Shown here one piece after another: positions 1-11,530 of a DNA stretch of 64,000 bases. The notes below the pieces were generated by a model. That model saw nothing but the letters and a program-made list of their open reading frames with translations. It was not told the DNA's origin and searched no databases. This DNA is from Octopus sinensis. Its lineage: Eukaryota. Numbering within the stretch: position 1 is the first letter of the stretch; each line of letters starts with the position of its first letter. The translations under genes were made by a program, and so were the position numbers. Location: contig NC_043007.1 in NCBI RefSeq assembly GCF_006345805.1, forward strand, positions 64,976,001-65,040,000, written 5' to 3'.

Positions 1-645
1 TTCCTTTCTTTCCTCGCTATACTACAAAGAAAGGAGTCATCGCGCCTACGTAACATAATGTAAAATCTTTGCTTTTCTTGAAATGTGGACCAGCGATGCA
101 CCACCCAAAGAAACCTATAAGAATTTAAAATCCTTCACATGGTTTCGTGTTCGGTATGGAACTGACAAAAAGGGTGAAGTACACAATGCGTAGCTGCATA
201 CGATGTAATATAGTTGCAGTAGTCATGGATACGGTTGCGAACATCGAATCGATATTTCCGTAGTAACGGAATAATTTTAGCGTCGGATGACTTAATTCCT
301 CTACGAGCAGACATCAAAAGATACATTTATATGCGTGTCTACACACACATACATGCACACATACACAAACACACACACACATATAATCATGCACGCATAT
401 GCATGCTCATACACGGATATGTACACATACGCGTACACAAGGTACCGGGACTTTCTGTATACGTATGTTTATAAGAATAGAAATAGAAATATACATATGT
501 AAATGATTTCAAATTCGTCAATAAAATAATGTTTCTCTACTTTAATGCTAACGCAGGGTATACACACACACACATGCATATGTATGTATATGTATTTATA
601 TGTTTTTGTACAGGTATGTAAATATGTAACTTATATATCTATGCG

Positions 646-743
<98 letters not shown>

Positions 744-778
744 CTCTCTGTATGTAAGTATGAATGTATGTATGTATG

Positions 779-819
<41 letters not shown>

Positions 820-865
820 GCACACACACACCAACATACACAAATACACACACACATACACACAT
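646..865. repeat. compound microsatellite (TATC)n then (CA)n
   Basis: Directly visible tandem tetra- and dinucleotide runs. Confidence 0.95.
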
Positions 866-866
866 A

Positions 867-1610
867 TATTCGATTGCGCAAAAGGTCCGTTCGGTTTTTT
901 AAAGCGAAAACAAGGCACAAGTTTTGAGCACAAACGATTATTCAATCAATTTATTCAATTAATAATATAATTACCGATTTGTTCCAGTATTTACTGCCAC
1001 CGTGTGCGCTGATCCATTCTTTCCTCAAAGCATTTTCTATTTTTATCGGCGGAAAACACTTCCAGGTGAATTTTTACATGACCGTAAGAATTTAAAGTCC
1101 GTTCACTCCTTTAAATTTAAAGAGACTGAAACATGTGGTAATCTGGAGGCGCGATGTCTAGTGAATATGGAGGGTATGATAAAATTCCCAGCAAGCCCGG
1201 TCAATTCTTCCGTGTCTAAAAGGAAGTGTGTGCACTCGCATTATCGTGATGAAAGTCAAAGTCCTTACTATTCGCAAGAACTGAACGCGTCTAGTAGATC
1301 GCGGCGTTTAATTTGTCCAGCTGGTCACAGTACCCATCTGAATTTATGATCCTGTCCATGGTAAGAAACTCCAGTCTCACCAAATTGAAAGCATAACTTT
1401 CAGGCGAAGTCCTGCTTAGGAGGTTGTTTGTGGTGTTTCACCTCGCTCCTCCCATAATCATTTGCGTCTCACGATGTTATAGACGAGCCATTTGTGGTCA
1501 GTCACTATTCTTTTAAAAAAAGAATCGTTTTCTTCACGTTTCTGTATCGAATCGCTGATAGAACTCTGTTGGGCGAGGTTAGCCTCATTCAAGTGATGGC
1601 AAGTAATTAA
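867..1610 (-). mobile_element. decayed mariner transposon (3' half of transposase plus one TIR)
   Basis: Minus strand gives mariner motifs FFKRIVTDHKW (~1495-1530), HHDNASAHTS (~1225-1252), PPYSLDIAPPDYHMFQSL (~1120-1175) and C-terminal RWQ*ILEQIGNYIIN* (~955-1002). A TIR-like ta-ttcgattgcgcaaaaggtccgttcgg lies at 867-895. Many stops and frameshifts. Confidence 0.85.
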
Positions 1611-2399
1611 ATAAATATATTCGATTCCCACACTTCCTTACTTTTTTAGTCTGTATACTCCTCACGAAATAGTTTCATCGATCGGATCTTCTGGAGTTCA
1701 GCTGCATGGACATTACATTACACTTTTCTGTATTGGATAAAGGCGGACTGCTCGCCCGAGTCTGTAAGAGGAGCTTTCTGTGATAACCACACGATTCTCT
1801 GAATCTATATTTTATGATATAAACTTATATACAAATATAGATACATGTTTTTAGTAAAATTTAGCAAAAGCAACAGAGTGACTCAAGGGCCGAGAGTTTC
1901 ATGCAAAAATATCTACATATTTTCATATTTTGAGTTCCCCTTTTCCTGTTTGCATCAATATACATGATATAGACATATATATATAGACATCCAAATGCCA
2001 ATAAACCCCATGTACATTCCTTATAATGGTATATATAATTTATCAATATTTCAAAGTTAATAAAGAATTCTTTTGAAGGCAAAAACTTCAATTTTTGGGT
2101 AAGTTGTACCGATCTCACTACCTAACTAGTAATTCATTTTAGCAACACCGGATGGGTAAAAAGATACTTAAAGAGACGTCGGTAGAATTTGAACTCAGGA
2201 CATAAATGACCGTAAGCAAATACTACAAGAAATTTTGTTTAACCTCCCCCACCCCGCCCCATAAAAACGGTGTTTAACTTTTTCTCCAAAATTTAAAGAG
2301 AGACATAAATTGCTTGGTTGAATCATCTTTTAATTTTTTGACGTGGCTAACAGTCTAAAAAATAAATGGTAAAGCTCTTTCTCGAATCATATCGACTTA

Positions 2400-2560
2400 T
2401 ATGGCAGTTTCACGGATTTTCAGGGCGTGGGGGTGTTCACGGATACTCCCTACAGCCCGGACGGAACATCGGTCCGTTGCAGGTATACTCACTTTTGCCA
2501 GCTGAGTTGACTGCAGAGACATGAAATGAGACCAAACACAAAGATATGCGACTCCACATT
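2400..2560 (-). mobile_element. SINE fragment (family C body), truncated
   Basis: ggtatactcacttttgccagctgagttgactgcagagacatgaaatga resembles the copies at 4400-4615 and 37120-37300. Confidence 0.4.
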
Positions 2561-2579
2561 GACAATATACCTTCTCCGA

Positions 2580-3711
2580 GTTCTCAGTATCAAACAAAAA
2601 GTTTTTAAAATCCTGTTCAAGTTAAAATGATGTTAAAATGGAATGTCAAGTTAAGAAAAACGAGCATTTTCGAAACCTCCTTTTTGCTTTAAATCAAGGT
2701 TCTAAAGCCGTAAAAGCTGCTCACGACATTTGTGTTGTGTATGGGAGGGTGCCATAACTGGAAGAACCGCTCGTGATTGGTTTGCCAAGTTCAGATATAG
2801 AAATTTTGACCTCAAAGACGCACGTCGTTCTGGCTGTCCAGTTGAGTTAGATGAAGAGCGATTAAAGCAAATTTTGCACGGAGTGGCAGAGAAAATGAAA
2901 TGCTCCCACATTCCTATAGAGAAGTATCTTCACTCGATGGGAAAGTTTCAGAAGTATGGAGCATGTGTTCCGCATGCTTTAAGTGACAACAACAAAAATA
3001 AACAAGCCACAATCTCCGCTGGTTTGCTTGCTCGTCACCGCTCAATTCATGGACACAAGCAACAATTTCTTTTCCGAATCGTTACTGGCGACGAAAAATG
3101 GTGCCTGTACATCAATATGAAGCAGCGTAAGGAATGGCTTAGCCCCAGTAAACAAGCGACACCGCGTGTGAAACAAGATCTTCATCCGCGTAAAATGATG
3201 TTGTGAGTATGGTGGGACTGGGAAGGGATTATCCATTACGAATTGCTTGAACAGAAACTCTACGTTTAACAGATGGAACGACTCAACACGGCTACTGAAG
3301 AGAAAAGATCTAATCGACAGCATGGAGTTCTTCTGCTGCACGCCAATGCCCGCCCTCATATCACCAATATGACCAAGGAAGCCATTCAAACGCATGGCTA
3401 GGAAGTGTTGCCACACCCCCCGTACTCTCCTGATTTGGCACAAACGGATTTCCACCTCTTTCGATCTCTTTCAAATGCTATGCGCGGAGTTTCATTCAAT
3501 ACTGATGCAGAATTGAGAGCTTGGTTGGATCAATTTTTCGAGTCGAAATCGGGTGATTTCTACCAACGAGGTATTGAAAATCTTGTTGAACGTTGGGAAG
3601 AAGTTGTAAACAACAAGGGTAAATACATTATTGATTAATTAGTTATTTATTAAACATTTAAAAAATTTAAATTAAAAAAAACGTGGGGAACTTAGTTGCC
3701 AACCCAATATA
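2580..3711 (+). mobile_element. mariner (DD34D) transposon, inactive, 5' TIR missing
   Basis: Contains the transposase pseudogene below. 3' TIR-like ggggaacttagttgccaacccaa-ta at ~3685-3709; no matching TIR upstream. Confidence 0.92.
2638..3638 (+). pseudogene. mariner transposase pseudogene
   Basis: MECQVKKNEHFR..., WFAKFR, DARRSGCP, CVPHAL (cf. WVPHEL), IVTGDEKW, *VWWD, LLHANARPH, HPPYSPDLAQTDFHLFRSL, RWEEVVNNKGKYIID*. Disrupted by a frameshift near 2745, TGA at 3204, TAG near 3399 and an internal deletion. Confidence 0.95.
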
Positions 3712-4306
3712 TACGCGTGAAAAATATACCAAAATCTATGAGAATGTGCTTAAACAACTTAAGAAGCATTCCGTATAATGCATAGTCATAAATGTTATCG
3801 TGTGTGTATGAGATGTGAGATAGTCGCTCACCTTCCTTTATCTGCGTACATGTGTGATTCCAAATGTATGCATGTATGTATGTATGTATGTATGTATGTA
3901 TGTATATATATATATGGAAATGCTTGTCTTATCTTGCTAGGTAATAGCAATCTCACATTCAGCCTGGTTGTTCTGACTTACCCTTGCATGTGCGCGGATA
4001 TGACTTTTAAACACACATCAGTCGCCATAGGACTTATTAAAATATGATGAAGAAATGAAATAATAGTAAGACATATGTATTTGATGTATTGTTACGTCGT
4101 CCCTTCTCGCTAATATGTTAAAATATTTGCTGAAAACCGTTGTTGGAAAATGAAAATGCTCCCATTTAGGGTGTCGTTACAAAACTATAGTTCCTCTAAT
4201 CCTTTCTCAAGTTTTAAGCCCGGGCAAAATGTTAAAGTCGCTGAAAGCAGACAAAATAACTGCATCTTTCCAGAGCCGATGTGAGACATGGTTTCTACCT
4301 CAAAGG

Positions 4307-4323
4307 TCACCACCACCACCACC

Positions 4324-4355
<32 letters not shown>

Positions 4356-4365
4356 CAACAACAAA
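4307..4365. repeat. (CAC)n(CAA)n trinucleotide microsatellite
   Basis: Directly visible. Confidence 0.95.
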
Positions 4366-4399
4366 AAGGGCCAATAGCCCTTTCCGAGCCATACGTTTA

Positions 4400-4615
4400 T
4401 GAGACCGCTTTTCCGGATTTTGTAGTGCATGTATTCCGGCCGCGTGAATACGCTGGTCCATCGCAGGGTTATTCATTTTTGCTTGTTGAATGGACTGGAG
4501 CAACATCTAAATTGAAGTGTTTTGCTCAAAAATACAAAGCATCGCTCAATTCAGATGTCGAAAGCATAATCTTACAATCATGTGTGCAACACCATAAACA
4601 GTAAGCCATGCACCC
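4400..4615 (-). mobile_element. tRNA-derived SINE family C
   Basis: tggactggagcaacatctaaattgaagtgttttgctcaaaaatacaa...cagtaagccatgcacc, with a reverse tRNA-like head at the right end; similar copy at 37120-37300. Confidence 0.6.
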
Positions 4616-4643
4616 CACATTAATAATCATAATGATTAATCTC

Positions 4644-4852
4644 AATTTTGGCATCAGGCCGGCACTTTTGAGAGGTGGGGGTCTTTTCGATTACATGGAC
4701 CCTAAGACTGAACTAGTATTTATTTTATCCACCCCGAATAGATGAAAGGTAAAGTCGACCTCGGCGGCATGTTAACTCGGAATGTAAAGTTGAAAGAAAT
4801 GCTGTTAAGCATTTTGTCTTGTGTGATAATGGTTCTACCAGCTTGCCACCTT
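4644..4852 (-). mobile_element. tRNA-derived SINE family A (old subfamily)
   Basis: Reverse complement of the head aaggtggcaagctggtagaa and the core gaggtcgactttacctttcatc...ggggtggataaaataaatac shared with the 17463 copy. Confidence 0.8.
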
Positions 4853-4864
4853 GTTGCACGAGGC

Positions 4865-5150
4865 GCTTTATATGGAATAGCATGGAGTGCTGGAGAACTG
4901 AATTGACAGCAGAGAATCAGGCATTTGGAGAAGTGAAAATTAGAAGAGGAATCTGACCAGGGAACAGTGTATTCCCACTGATCCTTGTCTTGGAAATGAT
5001 TCTTTTTAGTGAAATACTGCAGAAAACAAAGTTTGTGTATGATCTAGGAAGTGGTAAAGGAAAACTTAATCACCTGCTATTCATAGATGACTCGAAGCTG
5101 TTCGCAAAAAATAAGGCCAAACTAGGGTACATGTATGCCAAGTGATGAAA
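4865..5150 (+). mobile_element. Dong/R4-like LINE reverse transcriptase fragment
   Basis: KIRRGI*...PLILV and KLNHLLFIDDSKLFAKN; homologous to the RGIFQGD and NHLLFMEDLKLF motifs at ~48900-49060. Confidence 0.8.
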
Positions 5151-6429
5151 TGATGAAGGCAATTGAACAAATAAGATGGACGAACTGGCAGCTGAGCATT
5201 TTGCCCGGCATCCAAATGACTCTGCTAGGTCACTGCCTTAATAATGATAACAATATTAATAACATTCAAAATAATAATAATGACATTCATAATAATGACT
5301 TGCTTAGTTTAGTTCTAAGAAATTCGAATGCTTCACCTAAGCTAAGATCTCAGAACAAAACCAGGAGAGTATACAAACTGAAGAGTTACCTCACTTTCTG
5401 TCTGAAGTAGGCAACCTTAGCTATTCGGTCAGAACACTTCATGAATTTATAATAACCAACTTGAAAAATAAACTTGGTTTTTGTACATATTTAAACGGTG
5501 ATAACCAACAGTAATAGTAATAACAAAGACAAATACTACAGTGCTACTCGTATTATTACAAAACAACAGTAGCAGCATCACCACTACTTCTAACCTTACT
5601 ACCACCACCACCACCACAAAACCACTATCACCGACGCCGCTGCCGCCACCGCCGCCATCACCACCGACGACGACGACGATAACAACAACAACAACAAAAT
5701 CATAACGGCAACAACGCTAAAAACAAATTATGTGTGCCACATGCTTGTTTGAAATTTGTTGCTCCTGTAAGCTGTTTCATTAATCGGAAGCTTCTCCAAC
5801 CATTAAAAATATCTGGCGCCATTCATACAGTGTCTGTGTATGGGCGCCATTTTTGTATACGTGTTTGCATATGTGTACTTTTCTCCAATCGATTTTTTAC
5901 TATTGGTTATTACTTTCCTAACTGCATTGTTTATTGAATACTACGTGCAAACGTCATTATTCCCTCTGCTTCTATTGGTGCCATTCTGTCAATATGATTT
6001 TTACCATTTTAAGTCGACTTTGTCCTGTGAACGTCTCTTCAGTTCAACATTTATATATCACACTTGTTTTCTTGATCGCTCATACGTCACTTGATTTTCG
6101 TTGTTGTTGTTATTATACTTATGATTTCTTACATTCTTTTATTGGTTTCAGTCATAAGAATTTGGCTCCCCTTTTGAGGGTTATAATTAACTACACCATC
6201 ATCACCAATGCCTATTTCAGTCTGTCATTTTATCGATCTTTATTTATTGAATTGTGAAGTTACACTTTTTGGCACAACGCTAATTTTACACCCGTAAGAT
6301 TTTTAAAAAACACGAATCCGAATATAGGGACACACACATACAAATGTATGCATGAACGCACATGCTCATTCACGCACACAAACACACACACACATATTAT
6401 GTACACACACATAAACACACATCCAAACA

Positions 6430-6520
<91 letters not shown>

Positions 6521-6537
6521 GTATCTATCTATCTGTA

Positions 6538-6582
<45 letters not shown>

Positions 6583-6595
6583 CTCTATTTATCTA
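6430..6595. repeat. (TATC)n/(TGTC)n microsatellite
   Basis: Directly visible; another tract at 7780-7890. Confidence 0.95.
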
Positions 6596-7778
6596 TACAC
6601 ATATACATACATATTTAACGTGGTGTCTATACTTTCTTAACACGCACCTGCCGATTTGAACGTGAATTTGCTATTTGCAGATGAACTTCAACTTTGGAGA
6701 ACAACTTTCTCTTTAGACCATGTCTGTTGATAACACAAAATTCACTGAATTAACGGACTCTGAATTAAAGGTTTTTGTCATGACTTTGCCTCTTCAGTCA
6801 GAGATATCACATGGAACTCCGATTCTATGTAAGAGCGGTCGTTCTTACTTATAGAATTCAGCAAACAAAACATTTGCTGATGCGTGCTAGTATCTGCCAA
6901 GAATAACAATAAGACAATAAAATGTATACCGTGAACAACTACACTAAAGACTGGAAATCCTTGTTGCTAAAGATAGGTATTCGAAGAGATTTTCGAAAAA
7001 CGTTTTAGGTAGAGAAGCGTATTCCAAAATTTGGTGATTGTTAAGAATTACAACGTAATTTCAAAAAAATGCTGACTGCTTAACAACACTGTGGTTTACT
7101 TGAAATATTGAAAGGAAATCATAATGATTTCAAATTTTCCCCTGACTCTTATACATCATTACATCTTATGTTCCTAATTAAACACTTCAAAGTTACCTAA
7201 ATGCTTTTATCTTGTAACTTACGTGCTTTAAAAACGAAAATATTCCTGATCTCATACTTCAAAATATTCGCCTCTCAGAATAAAATGTTTATTCAATCTT
7301 TTCTCGCTTCGTAAGACACGTGTTTGCAAAATGAAAGTATTTTCTTGTTGAGGTAAAAAAAAAAAAAAAGCAGCCATTATGATCTTTATACATTACACAT
7401 CTTCAGAAATTATGACATGACACTCCAAATTTACTCAAAATTCTTTCAAGTTGGCAGCTACACCAGAGAAATAGATCAATAATTCTAACGTGAAAATTCC
7501 CGCGTGTGGTCACTTAAAATGCAATTTGGCAGAAATAAATATTTCTAAAAATACAGACAGAAGGTACAAATCACAATGAATAGTATCCATCGTCCAATTT
7601 CTTTGAAGAAGGATGAAAGCCACGTTGAAGCATTCAGCACAGACAATAGAACAACTTTTTTATGGAGATATTCACAAATTAGAATTACTAAGTATTTTAC
7701 CATAATAATTTTAAACTGGAAAGTCCTATAATTTTCACTACATGGAATACAGCTACATTTCAATTACTCGTTTCTCCG

Positions 7779-7872
<94 letters not shown>

Positions 7873-8437
7873 GTCTGTCTATTTATCTATCGGTCTGTTT
7901 GTATGTCTGTCCGGAATTGAAGGTACAGTTAGCATGATCCACTTCTGTACATTTTCCGCCGACCTAATTTAATTCACATTCGCCTAAGTTGCCAAATATT
8001 ATGATCAAATACAGAATCTCTTGCTTTTCTATCTATCTATCTATCTATCTATCCGTATGTCTGTCTGTCTAATTGTACATATATATCACACACACACAGA
8101 CAAACACACATATGTATATATGAATACACGAGTGTGGGTAGGCGTGTGTGTCTCTGAGTGTAGTTATATGTTTATAAACAAAAGATATATTAAAGCCAGT
8201 GTAAACACTATCAGATATAGAACCGATCACAGGTAGATATTTTGTATTGTAAAAGTACATGTGTCAGATGTCTTTCTCCTCCCAATTAAGGAAAAAAGTT
8301 TTCTCATTTTCTTTTTTCAGCTTTTCTGAATTCTATTTCCTGTTATGATTTTAGCGAACTATTTGTATATTTCCTTTTCTCTTAATCTCTACGACGGTCT
8401 ACCTCAAAATTTCACTTTAATTATCTTAAATATATTT

Positions 8438-8465
8438 TGTGTGTCCTATGGTATTATGTGACCAT

Positions 8466-8537
<72 letters not shown>

Positions 8538-8565
8538 ATGGTCACATAATGCCATAGGACGCACA
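8438..8565. repeat. short inverted repeat centred on (TA)n
   Basis: tgtgtgtcctatggtattatgtgaccatgg-(TA)n-ccatggtcacataatgccataggacgcaca; a third partial unit at 8568-8596. Confidence 0.9.
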
Positions 8566-8639
8566 TATATACCATGGTCACATAGTACCATAGTAAGGTA
8601 AAATTACAGATTAACACCCGCACGATTTTCACTAAGAAA

Positions 8640-8915
8640 AAAAAAAAAAACTCGGATTTTTTGCGTGGGATCAAGTACCCTGACCTCCTAATATACTGCA
8701 AATCCCATATTTTGGTCCGGAATTGCTCCGGAAAGGGGGGGGGGGTAACCCCCCCCCCCCGGAATTTTCACAAGGAAGAAGAAAAAAACCTCAGATTTCT
8801 TGCGTGGAATCAAGTACCCTGACCTCCTAATATGCTGCAAATCCCATATTTTGGTCCGGAATTGCTCCGGATAGGGGGGGGTAACCCTCTCCCCCGGAAT
8901 TTTCACAAGGAAAAA
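8640..8915 (+). repeat. subterminal tandem repeats, 2 units of ~139 bp (left arm)
   Basis: Unit ...gcgtggaatcaagtaccctgacctcctaatatgctgcaaatcccatattttggtccggaattgctccgg-Gn-taa-Cn-ggaattttcacaagg. Confidence 0.9.
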
Positions 8916-9284
8916 AAAATAACATATCAATAATTTAGAAAAGAAACATTTCTAGAAAATAGTAAATTGAAGTGTCAACAAATTATTGGGCAAAATTGAA
9001 GTGTGAACAAATCATTGGGCAAAAGAAGATTTGGCATACTGTCATGCTTTTAGCTGTCAGAAGTGAAAGTCGTCAACTTCGTGTATTTGCGTCAGGTTCG
9101 CCGTCAGGCTTATAAAACAATTGAAGTTCAGTTTAAAGTTTATAAATAAATACATTTCATTCCATGTTCTGTTTAAACTTTATAAATAAATATATTCTTG
9201 CAGTGTGTGTATATGTGGCTATATGTCTGACTAATGTGTGTGTCTGTATTTATTGTATGTGTGTATAAGTAGTTATATGCTTAT

Positions 9285-9358
9285 ATTATCCATTATAGTA
9301 ATATTTGTCTGTTGAAACCTGTTTTAAGGCGGTCAATAGTTTAATTAAAGATGTATCT

Positions 9359-9398
<40 letters not shown>

Positions 9399-9602
9399 GT
9401 GTATATATACATGTGTATACATATATATATATATATATATATATAAATATATATATATATACACATGTATATATAAATATATATATATAAATATATATAT
9501 ATACACATGTATATATATATACATGTATAGACACATCTTTAATTAAACTATTGACCGCCTTAAAACGGGTTTCAACAGACAAATATTACTATAATGGATA
9601 AT
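9285..9602. repeat. nested palindrome with TA-rich centre (left arm)
   Basis: attatccattatagtaatatttgtctgttgaaacc...taattaaagatgt is mirrored at 9530-9602. Confidence 0.92.
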
Positions 9603-9687
9603 GTAATGGATAAAATTCAGACAAACTTACCTCTTGCTGTCAAAAAAAGTGGATTGATTTACAGCAAAACATACTGTTATGCTAGAC

Positions 9688-10360
9688 CAGTGGTTTTCAA
9701 TCAGGGTTCCGCAAGAAGTTGCAAAACTGCTAAAATCGGCAGTAATTTTTAATTCTCCTGTGCAGATATGTGTGCATAAGACTATTAAATTATTGCACAG
9801 GGGTTCCTCGAGCCAGTGGAATGTTTGAATTACGCTGTGTGGTTTCAGTTTCTAATTTTTGCTTCTGATCTCTCTTTGCCCCCCCCTCTCTATCTCAGTT
9901 GTTCATTCTGCTGATATTTAGAAAAGTTTTCGCGCCAAGTTTTGTTGTGGGCGGGAAAAGATGAACGATTTAAAATAAATATACCTTAATTGTAGTGTGA
10001 GAAAGTATATATATTCTGATGATAAAATATATTATCTTTCAAAAACATCCCAAATTTATAGACTATATCGTGTATCTTTAAGAAATGGTTCATGAGACAT
10101 TGTTCATCTGTCTCCCCACCACACCTCCACCTACACAAAAATTAGTTTGAGATAGAGAGGGCGGCACAGAGAGAGATCAGAAGCAAAAATTAGAACCTGA
10201 CACTATCACAGAGCGTAATTCAAACATTCCACTGGCTCGAGGAACCCCTGTACAATAATTTAATAGTCTTATGCACACATATCTGCACAGGAGAATTAAA
10301 AATTACTGCCGATTTTAGCAGTTTTGCAACTTCTTGCGGAACCCTGGTTGAAAACCACTG
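9688..10360. mobile_element. hAT/Charlie-like terminal sequence forming the core of the foldback
   Basis: cagtggttttcaa at 9688 and ttgaaaaccactg ending at 10360, with ctagac/gtctag flanks; resembles hAT-Charlie ends and target preference. Confidence 0.5.
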
Positions 10361-10445
10361 GTCTAGCATAACAGTATGTTTTGCTGAGAATTAATCCACT
10401 TTTTTTGACAGCAAGAGGTAAGTTTGTCTGAATTTTATCCATTAC

Positions 10446-10645
10446 ATTATCCATTATAGTAATATTTGTCTGTTGAAACCCGTTTTAATGCGGTCAATAG
10501 TTTAATTAAAGATGTGTCTATACATGTATATATATATACATGTGTATATATATATATTTATATATATATATATTTATATATACATGTGTATATATATATA
10601 TATTTATATATATATATATATATGTATACACATGTATATATACAC

Positions 10646-10695
<50 letters not shown>

Positions 10696-10769
10696 AGATA
10701 CATCTTTAATTAAACTATTGACCGCCTTAAAACAGGTTTCAACAGACAAATATTACTATAATGGATAAT
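10446..10769. repeat. nested palindrome (right arm copy)
   Basis: Reverse-complement copy of 9285-9602. Confidence 0.92.
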
Positions 10770-11139
10770 ATAAGCATATAACTACTTATACACACATACA
10801 ATAAATACAGACACACACATTAGTCAGACATATAGCCACATATACACACACTGCAAGAATATATTTATTTATAAAGTTTAAACAGAACATGGAATGAAAT
10901 GTATTTATTTATAAACTTTAAACTGAACTTCAATTGTTTTATAAGCCTGACGGCGAACCTGACGCAAATACACGAAGTTGACGACTTTCACTTCTGACAG
11001 CTAAAAGCATGACAGTATGCCAAATCTTCTTTTGCCCAATGATTTGTTCACACTTCAATTTTGCCCAATAATTTGTTGACACTTCAATTTACTATTTTCT
11101 AGAAATGTTTCTTTTCTAAATTATTGATATGTTATTTTT

Positions 11140-11530
11140 TTTTCCTTGTGAAAATTCCGGGGGAGAGGGTTACCCCCCCCCTATCCGGAGCAATTCCGGA
11201 CCAAAATATGGGATTTGCAGCATATTAGGAGGTCAAGTTACTTGATTCCACGCAAAAAATCTCATTTTTTTTTTCCCTTGTGAAAATTCCGGGGGGGGGG
11301 GGTTACCCCCCCTTTCCGGACCAAAATATGGGATTTGCAGCATATTAGGAGGTCAGGGTACTTGATTCCACGCAAGAAATCTGAGGTTTTTTTCTTCTTC
11401 CTTGTGAAAATTCCGGGGGGGGGGGTCACCCCCCCTTTCCGGAGCAATTCCGGACCAAAATATGGGATTTGCAGCATATTAGGAGGTCAGGGTACTTGAT
11501 CCCACGCAAAAAATCCGAGTTTTTTTTTTT
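11140..11530 (-). repeat. subterminal tandem repeats, 3 units (right arm)
   Basis: ggaccaaaatatggg recurs at 11198, 11318 and 11452 (periods 120 and 134 bp). Confidence 0.9.

Noticed and set aside
1-330. Short minus-strand ORF as a possible exon
   Set aside because: No recognisable domain and no convincing splice-site pair.
545-970. ORFs of [12 protein letters not shown] or CVCV type here and throughout
   Set aside because: They are translations of microsatellites that lack stop codons, not genes.
4281-4604. polyH/polyQ ORF resembling a transcription factor
   Set aside because: It is a (CAC)n(CAA)n microsatellite running into an antisense SINE.
8640-8915. Regularly spaced repeats as a CRISPR array
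   Set aside because: Whole units repeat with no unique spacers, no cas genes, eukaryotic context; the same applies to 24825-25432.
9286-10768. Four MSVET...[12 protein letters not shown] ORFs as a gene family
   Set aside because: A by-product of the nested palindromes plus (TA)n.
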